DNA of 64,000 nt from Alphaproteobacteria bacterium. GTDB lineage: Bacteria > Pseudomonadota > Alphaproteobacteria > CAAHEQ01 > UBA3637. The stretch's first letter is position 1. The number at the start of each line of letters is the position of its first letter. Positions 58,807 through 64,000 of the stretch are shown here, piece after piece. The stretch is taken from positions 1-64,000 of the forward strand of contig JAZUQR010000008.1 in assembly GCA_045605805.1 (NCBI GenBank). The letters are read 5' to 3'. Position numbers and translations under genes: made by a program. The notes under the pieces are model-generated. The model worked only from the letters and a program-made list of their open reading frames with translations. It was not told the origin of the DNA and ran no database searches.

Positions 58807-61800
58807 TTACACCGTTTTCTTAAATTCCTGCCAATTTCTGACCGGCTGTTCGGAGTAGATAACATTATCAAGAGCTTTGAAGTGCTGTGCGCCGCAATGA
58901 ATCTTTTGTTGTTCTTCCGGTCGCAGGCCATAGAACGAATCAGTTCCTTTGGTTTCAAGCACGAAATAAAGTTTCTGTTCGCCATTTTTCTCTAAATATA
59001 CGGCCCAGTCCGGATTATAGGTTCCAATAGGTGTATCAATCTTAAACCGGCTTGGAATTTTAAAGAACATTTTAACGTCAGGATCCTCATCCAAAGCCAC
59101 GGCAAACGGCTTTTCAACCGTGCTACTGTCATAAATAACATAGTCATAAACGCTGTTTTTAACCGCGACAGCATTACGATCGAGGTTAGCAATCAATTCT
59201 TCACTCGAGAAAATCTCTTGCACGGCATATTCTTCGCCGGCCAATTTAATATACTTAATTCCATCAATGGCCAATGCATGGCGATTGCGCTGGATGATCT
59301 CCAAAACCTTTTCGTAAAAGTCTTGTGGGTTCTTCAAAAAGTCTCCGGCCCGGCTGCTTTCTTGAATGATTTTATTCACGGTCGAACGTTTCAGCAATGT
59401 TTTGGTAGAGATTAAACGCAAAATATCCGGCAGAACATCATAGCTCTTTTCCAGGTTTTGGGTAAACATCGCACCGGCTTGGGCGGTTACGCCTGACTTT
59501 TGAATATCAACCGAGGCTGTCTGACTGAGTAAACGGGCCGAAGCAATCTCCGGCATCTTACGAATATCCTTGATACTGTCGGCGATCAGTTTATCTAAAT
59601 CAAACTGGACCCGATAAGTGGTCTTTTGCTTAATTTTATTCCACAACTCCATAAATTCCGGTGATAATAGCGCACGTTTATTGAGTTTTACCGTTACATC
59701 CTTGGAAGCATCGCGGATGTTGAGCTTATTATCAGCCTTGTTCATGGACTGCAAAATTGCACGTTGCGCGGCTTTTGACCAACGCTCACTTAAATTGAGT
59801 GTACCGGCCGCAAGCTGTGCCTTCATGGTGTCTTTAATCTTGTTCTTGCTGTCAATAACCTTTTTATCTTTCAGCTCATCCATAATCGCGGCCGCTTCCT
59901 CATACGAGAAGGTCTTTTTCTCAACAACAGTTTCTTTATATGTTGTATTAGCAAGCGCGGCAACCGACACCGGCTTTGAAGTTTTGATCATATCTTGAAC
60001 ATGTGTTTTTACAGGTTCAGGCATGGGGATATTTTCGATTTTAATTTCTTCCGGCTTAACTTCCGGTTTAATGTAGCCACCATCATCAATTAAGCCATAT
60101 TTTTGTAAATCTTCAACAATAGCGGTGGCCTCGCTTTCGCTGACTCTACGTTCAACTTCTACTTCTTCATCGTAAGAATAGCCGACAAGCATATCCAACT
60201 CGAAAACGCCAAATTTAACACCGGTTTCATCTTCAATTTCTTTCTGTAATTTATCGGCAAACTCGGCAAAACTTTCGTTGGCGATAACGTGCAAAACATT
60301 GATGTTCTTATCCTCAATCCGTTCTCCGTCCTGATTAACGCAAAGTCTTAAGCCACGACCGATTTTTTGACGGCAGGTAAACAGCGATTTTTGCTCGATC
60401 AGCGTGCAAACTTGGAAGACATTCGGATTATCCCAACCTTCTTTTAAGGCAGAGTGCGAGAAAATAAAGCGGAGCGGACATTCAAACGACAACAGCCACT
60501 CTTTATCTTTCATGATGGTATTGTAGGTGTCGTCATCAGCCTGCGTATCGCCTTTGGTATCCTTATATTTACCTTTTTTATCTTGGGAGAAGTAACCGTT
60601 GTGTGCTTTGTTTACGTCTGTATCGAACTTGGTTTTTAGCTCAGCGTAACGTGGTTTATTGATCAGTTCGTTATAGCATTCTTCGAACATTTTGGCATAA
60701 ATACCTTTGCCGCCATCCTCAGTGCGGTATTTTTTAACCTCATCAATAAAGAACAGGGACAACACCTTAATTCCCATATCAAAATAGCGTAATTCCTTAT
60801 CTAAATGGGTTTTAATGGTCTGATAAATTTGCGCACGTTTCAAAACTTTTTCATCAACGCTACCGATGGCTTTACCCAGGGCAACATATTCCGAGTTTGC
60901 AAATTCCACACCCTCAAGGCCTGATGTACAATCAATCCCTGAAACAACATAGCCTTCATAAATTTTGCGATGGCCGGATTTGATAAACAGATCATCGTCC
61001 GGTTTAACCGTTATAACTTTACGCGTAATATGAGCGTTGTCGTCTTCCACATCAATTTCCAGTTTGGCCGAAAAGCCGTTGGCGTTTGAAACGTTCTTTA
61101 AGGCGATATAGGGTTTGTTTGAATCATTGATAACTGAATTTGAAATAACGCAAATCTGTTTTACTAATCCCAGTTGATACGCATCAACTGGTGTTAAACG
61201 ATAGACAAGATTCTGCTTTTCGCGGTGGGTAGCGGAATAACGCAACACGCACAGCGGATTAAGCATCGCGATGGCTTCCTTTGCCTTTGGCGTATTATCA
61301 ACACTTTGCGGTTCGTCAATAATCACAACCGGATTTGTGTCCTGAATATAGCGCATAGCGGTTTCGCCGTTCAGTTTATCTTGCTCTTGATTGATAATGT
61401 TTTCGGCCTTTTTGAAAGCATCGATGTTGATGATCATGATTTCAATGTTGCTGGAAGTTGCAAAGGCTCGCACATCAGAGAGCTTGGCCGAATTATAAAT
61501 AAAGTAGCGGTACGGCACACCGTCATATTGATTTTTGAAATACTCTTCCGTAACCTGAAACGACTTGTTTACACCTTCGCGAATTGCTACACTCGGTACA
61601 ACAATGATGAACTTTGTAAAACCGTAGCGGTGGTTAAGCTCCAAAATTGTTTTTGTATAAACGAAAGTTTTGCCGGTTCCGGTTTCCATTTCAATTGAAA
61701 GCGGCACCGCCTTTATGCCGTCAATGTTGGTTTGCGGCAGAGAATGAGCCTTTTGGATTGCATGAAGATTGTTGTTTATTGTCTCTTCATCCAACAGCAA

Positions 61801-61965
61801 CTTGTTACCGAACCCAAATTCATTTTGCAGGAAAGAAGCCTGCGCGGAGTTATCGGCGATTGAAAAAGTCATGTTGGCTTTTTCTTGGCCCTTGAATAAC
61901 TCAACCGCCGCATTCGTGGCATCAGTTTGAAATTCTTGATTCTTAAACTTTAGTTTCATGCTCAT
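58807..61965 (-). CDS. res: type III restriction endonuclease subunit
   Basis: EMETGTGKT, IIDEPQ, SHSALKEGWDNPNVFQ, YNPDW...ETKG. Confidence 0.95.
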   Translation of the reverse strand: MSMKLKFKNQEFQTDATNAAVELFKGQEKANMTFSIADNSAQASFLQNEFGFGNKLLLDEETINNNLHAIQKAHSLPQTNIDGIKAVPLSIEMETGTGKTFVYTKTILELNHRYGFTKFIIVVPSVAIREGVNKSFQVTEEYFKNQYDGVPYRYFIYNSAKLSDVRAFATSSNIEIMIINIDAFKKAENIINQEQDKLNGETAMRYIQDTNPVVIIDEPQSVDNTPKAKEAIAMLNPLCVLRYSATHREKQNLVYRLTPVDAYQLGLVKQICVISNSVINDSNKPYIALKNVSNANGFSAKLEIDVEDDNAHITRKVITVKPDDDLFIKSGHRKIYEGYVVSGIDCTSGLEGVEFANSEYVALGKAIGSVDEKVLKRAQIYQTIKTHLDKELRYFDMGIKVLSLFFIDEVKKYRTEDGGKGIYAKMFEECYNELINKPRYAELKTKFDTDVNKAHNGYFSQDKKGKYKDTKGDTQADDDTYNTIMKDKEWLLSFECPLRFIFSHSALKEGWDNPNVFQVCTLIEQKSLFTCRQKIGRGLRLCVNQDGERIEDKNINVLHVIANESFAEFADKLQKEIEDETGVKFGVFELDMLVGYSYDEEVEVERRVSESEATAIVEDLQKYGLIDDGGYIKPEVKPEEIKIENIPMPEPVKTHVQDMIKTSKPVSVAALANTTYKETVVEKKTFSYEEAAAIMDELKDKKVIDSKNKIKDTMKAQLAAGTLNLSERWSKAAQRAILQSMNKADNKLNIRDASKDVTVKLNKRALLSPEFMELWNKIKQKTTYRVQFDLDKLIADSIKDIRKMPEIASARLLSQTASVDIQKSGVTAQAGAMFTQNLEKSYDVLPDILRLISTKTLLKRSTVNKIIQESSRAGDFLKNPQDFYEKVLEIIQRNRHALAIDGIKYIKLAGEEYAVQEIFSSEELIANLDRNAVAVKNSVYDYVIYDSSTVEKPFAVALDEDPDVKMFFKIPSRFKIDTPIGTYNPDWAVYLEKNGEQKLYFVLETKGTDSFYGLRPEEQQKIHCGAQHFKALDNVIYSEQPVRNWQEFKKTV

Positions 61966-62657
61966 TTACCTATTTTATAAATTACATATTTAATTTCAGG
62001 ATTCGAAAACTGCTCCTTAAAGAAAGATTCCATTTTCTTGTCATTATTCACAACTTCTTTAGGCAATTGATTAAAATTTAATATTGTTTTATCCATCATG
62101 CCTACATCATTTATCAGAATACGATGACGCTTGTCTTCGTTCTTATTCCAGTAGAGGATCGCATACCTTATGGAGCCGGAAATAACCTCATTATCAAACG
62201 TAACGCTGTGCGTTGTAATGGTTTCCAACTTTTTCTTTTTTTTGATTTTACCAGTAAACGGGATAAAAATCGTCTTTTCGGGAGTTTGAACTCTAAAATA
62301 TATGTCTTTATGCATAGGGATTTCAGGCTCATAGGAGTATCTTTTCCCCATAATGTTATATGCATGAAAAGGTTCCAACAAAAATGGCTCATCAAAAGTT
62401 TTTAGTGTCATTAGGTATTTATTGTTGAATACGACAGAGATGGCCGTAATCGTTTTCGGAGAGAGCGTTTTATTGAATATCGTGCAATGTAAACCACTCC
62501 CTTCAAAAGAATTATGATTTTCTCCGAAAGATGTGATTTTAAGATTTTTTGAAAAGTGGTAAAGCCAAAAGCCATAAGCAGTTAAAACAAATATCCCCAA
62601 ATTACCAAGGATGGATGCTACTTTCTCAACAGTTTCCAAATTCAAAAAATCACACAT
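61962..62657 (-). CDS. hypothetical membrane-anchored protein between mod and res
   Basis: N-terminal TM segment; AT-rich; ATGA-coupled to res. Confidence 0.65.
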   Translation of the reverse strand: MCDFLNLETVEKVASILGNLGIFVLTAYGFWLYHFSKNLKITSFGENHNSFEGSGLHCTIFNKTLSPKTITAISVVFNNKYLMTLKTFDEPFLLEPFHAYNIMGKRYSYEPEIPMHKDIYFRVQTPEKTIFIPFTGKIKKKKKLETITTHSVTFDNEVISGSIRYAILYWNKNEDKRHRILINDVGMMDKTILNFNQLPKEVVNNDKKMESFFKEQFSNPEIKYVIYKIGK

Positions 62658-62666
62658 CGTCCACCT

Positions 62667-64000
62667 CTACAGCAACATAATTTCCACGCCACTGTCTTTG
62701 CTTATGTAATAAGCGTTGGATAGGGCCACATCATCTTTGAACGCTTCTTCAGCCGCGACAATTTTAGCCGGCGATAATTCGCACATCGCGGTTACGTCTT
62801 CCGGTGTGATACCGCCATTTGAACCGTCCAGGCAAACAAGAACCAAGCCTTCTTCGCCAATGGAATAAACTTTGCGGCCGTTCAAATTATTTTCTGTAAC
62901 CTTATAAGTCTCCGGAATACCAAGCTTCAGCATAACTTCATAAACCACATCTAATTCGGAGCGGTCAATTTTAAGACTCTTTATCATTGTATCGAAGCGT
63001 TCTTTCAAAATCTCTGTCTCGGAGCTTTCCAGCGGTGTATCATCCCACTTAACCAAATTTGATGTATCCAGTTTCAAAACCTTAAAGCCAACATCCACAT
63101 CGGCGTTTTGCTCTTTGATTTTTGCACCGGCGCGGCGGATACGCTCTTTACCGATTTCACAAATGTTTTTATATCCGGCTTTGAAAGCTTCTGACTTTTC
63201 GTCCGTCAGTTCAGGTAACTGCACCATAATAAATTGACGTTTGCCTCCATCTTCTGCGTTGAGTTGCATAACCGCATGGGCGGTGGTGGCCGAACCCGAG
63301 AAGAAGTCAAGAACAATGTCGCCATCAGACACTTTTGACATTAAAATTAGGTCATTTACGAGATTGACTGGTTTTGCATAATCAAAATATGATTTTTCAA
63401 TTTGAAATAATTTTTTAATTTCTTCAGTACCCTTTGCATTTATGTATTCGTCTTTGAATATTGATATAAATTGTTTTTCTCGATTTGAATCATCGCGGAT
63501 TTTTTCGTAAACAATGTAAGTACCATCGGAGCGTTTTTCAAAGATTACATCTCCCTCGCTGACTTTCTTATGCATCTTTTCTTTACCTAAACGCCAACGA
63601 CCCTCTGTCCCATCATTTCGAATAGGATATACATCTTCGCCATTCGGACCTTTTATAGGAAAATACATAGATGGAGAATCTTCTCGTCTTGAACCTGCGC
63701 CCCATTTGTTTAATTCGCGACCTTTCGCATATGCACCTTTTTCATCTTGAAGATTTAGCGTCCTACCTTCTACCTCTACACCACCAAATTCAACATCATT
63801 TATATTCTTAGAGTAGATGAGAACATAATCGTGCGTAACTCTGATGTATTTAGATTGACTGCCACCTTTAATGGCTTCTCGTGTAATTTGCGCAATAAAG
63901 TTTTCTTCTCCGAATACCTCATTACAAATTTTCTTTAGGTTATCCACCTCGTTATCATCAATGCTGATGAAAATAACGCCATCGTCACGGAGCAAGTTGG
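62667..64000 (-). CDS. mod: type III DNA methyltransferase (partial, 5' end beyond the window)
   Basis: IFISIDDNE, FDYAKP, LDFFSGSATTAHAV, IGKERIRRAG. Confidence 0.95.
   Translation of the reverse strand, partial: NLLRDDGVIFISIDDNEVDNLKKICNEVFGEENFIAQITREAIKGGSQSKYIRVTHDYVLIYSKNINDVEFGGVEVEGRTLNLQDEKGAYAKGRELNKWGAGSRREDSPSMYFPIKGPNGEDVYPIRNDGTEGRWRLGKEKMHKKVSEGDVIFEKRSDGTYIVYEKIRDDSNREKQFISIFKDEYINAKGTEEIKKLFQIEKSYFDYAKPVNLVNDLILMSKVSDGDIVLDFFSGSATTAHAVMQLNAEDGGKRQFIMVQLPELTDEKSEAFKAGYKNICEIGKERIRRAGAKIKEQNADVDVGFKVLKLDTSNLVKWDDTPLESSETEILKERFDTMIKSLKIDRSELDVVYEVMLKLGIPETYKVTENNLNGRKVYSIGEEGLVLVCLDGSNGGITPEDVTAMCELSPAKIVAAEEAFKDDVALSNAYYISKDSGVEIMLL

Overview
Bacterial genomic window, probably from an alphaproteobacterium (inferred from gene style, not proven). 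About 1-14.2 kb is host chromosome: GT2 glycosyltransferases, an AbiE type IV toxin-antitoxin pair, an autotransporter, HU, nagZ-ampD, an OmpA-family protein and a YadA-like adhesin. At 14.2-15.6 kb there is a cluster of tRNA-3'-end-like direct repeats, probably an integration hotspot. About 15.6-48.9 kb is an apparently complete lambda-like siphoviral prophage with a serine recombinase, its own sigma factor, MetK, a methyltransferase, a cos-like site, and head, tail and lysis genes. The main finding is at 49.0-56.2 kb: a complete diversity-generating retroelement (Avd, 119-bp TR, RT). Its variable repeat differs from the TR at 23 positions, all of them TR adenines. The VR lies not in a phage tail fibre but near the N-terminus of a protein in which an apparently circularly permuted CLec/DUF6273-like domain is fused to a MoxR-type AAA+ ATPase. 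That gene is in an operon with a degenerate AAA-like protein and a HExxH-peptidase/vWA protein. A highly structured ~240-nt RNA leader and a SLOG gene sit just upstream of the DGR. The window ends with a convergent type III restriction-modification locus and an SNF2-like helicase. All family assignments are from motif recognition by eye; no database searches were run.
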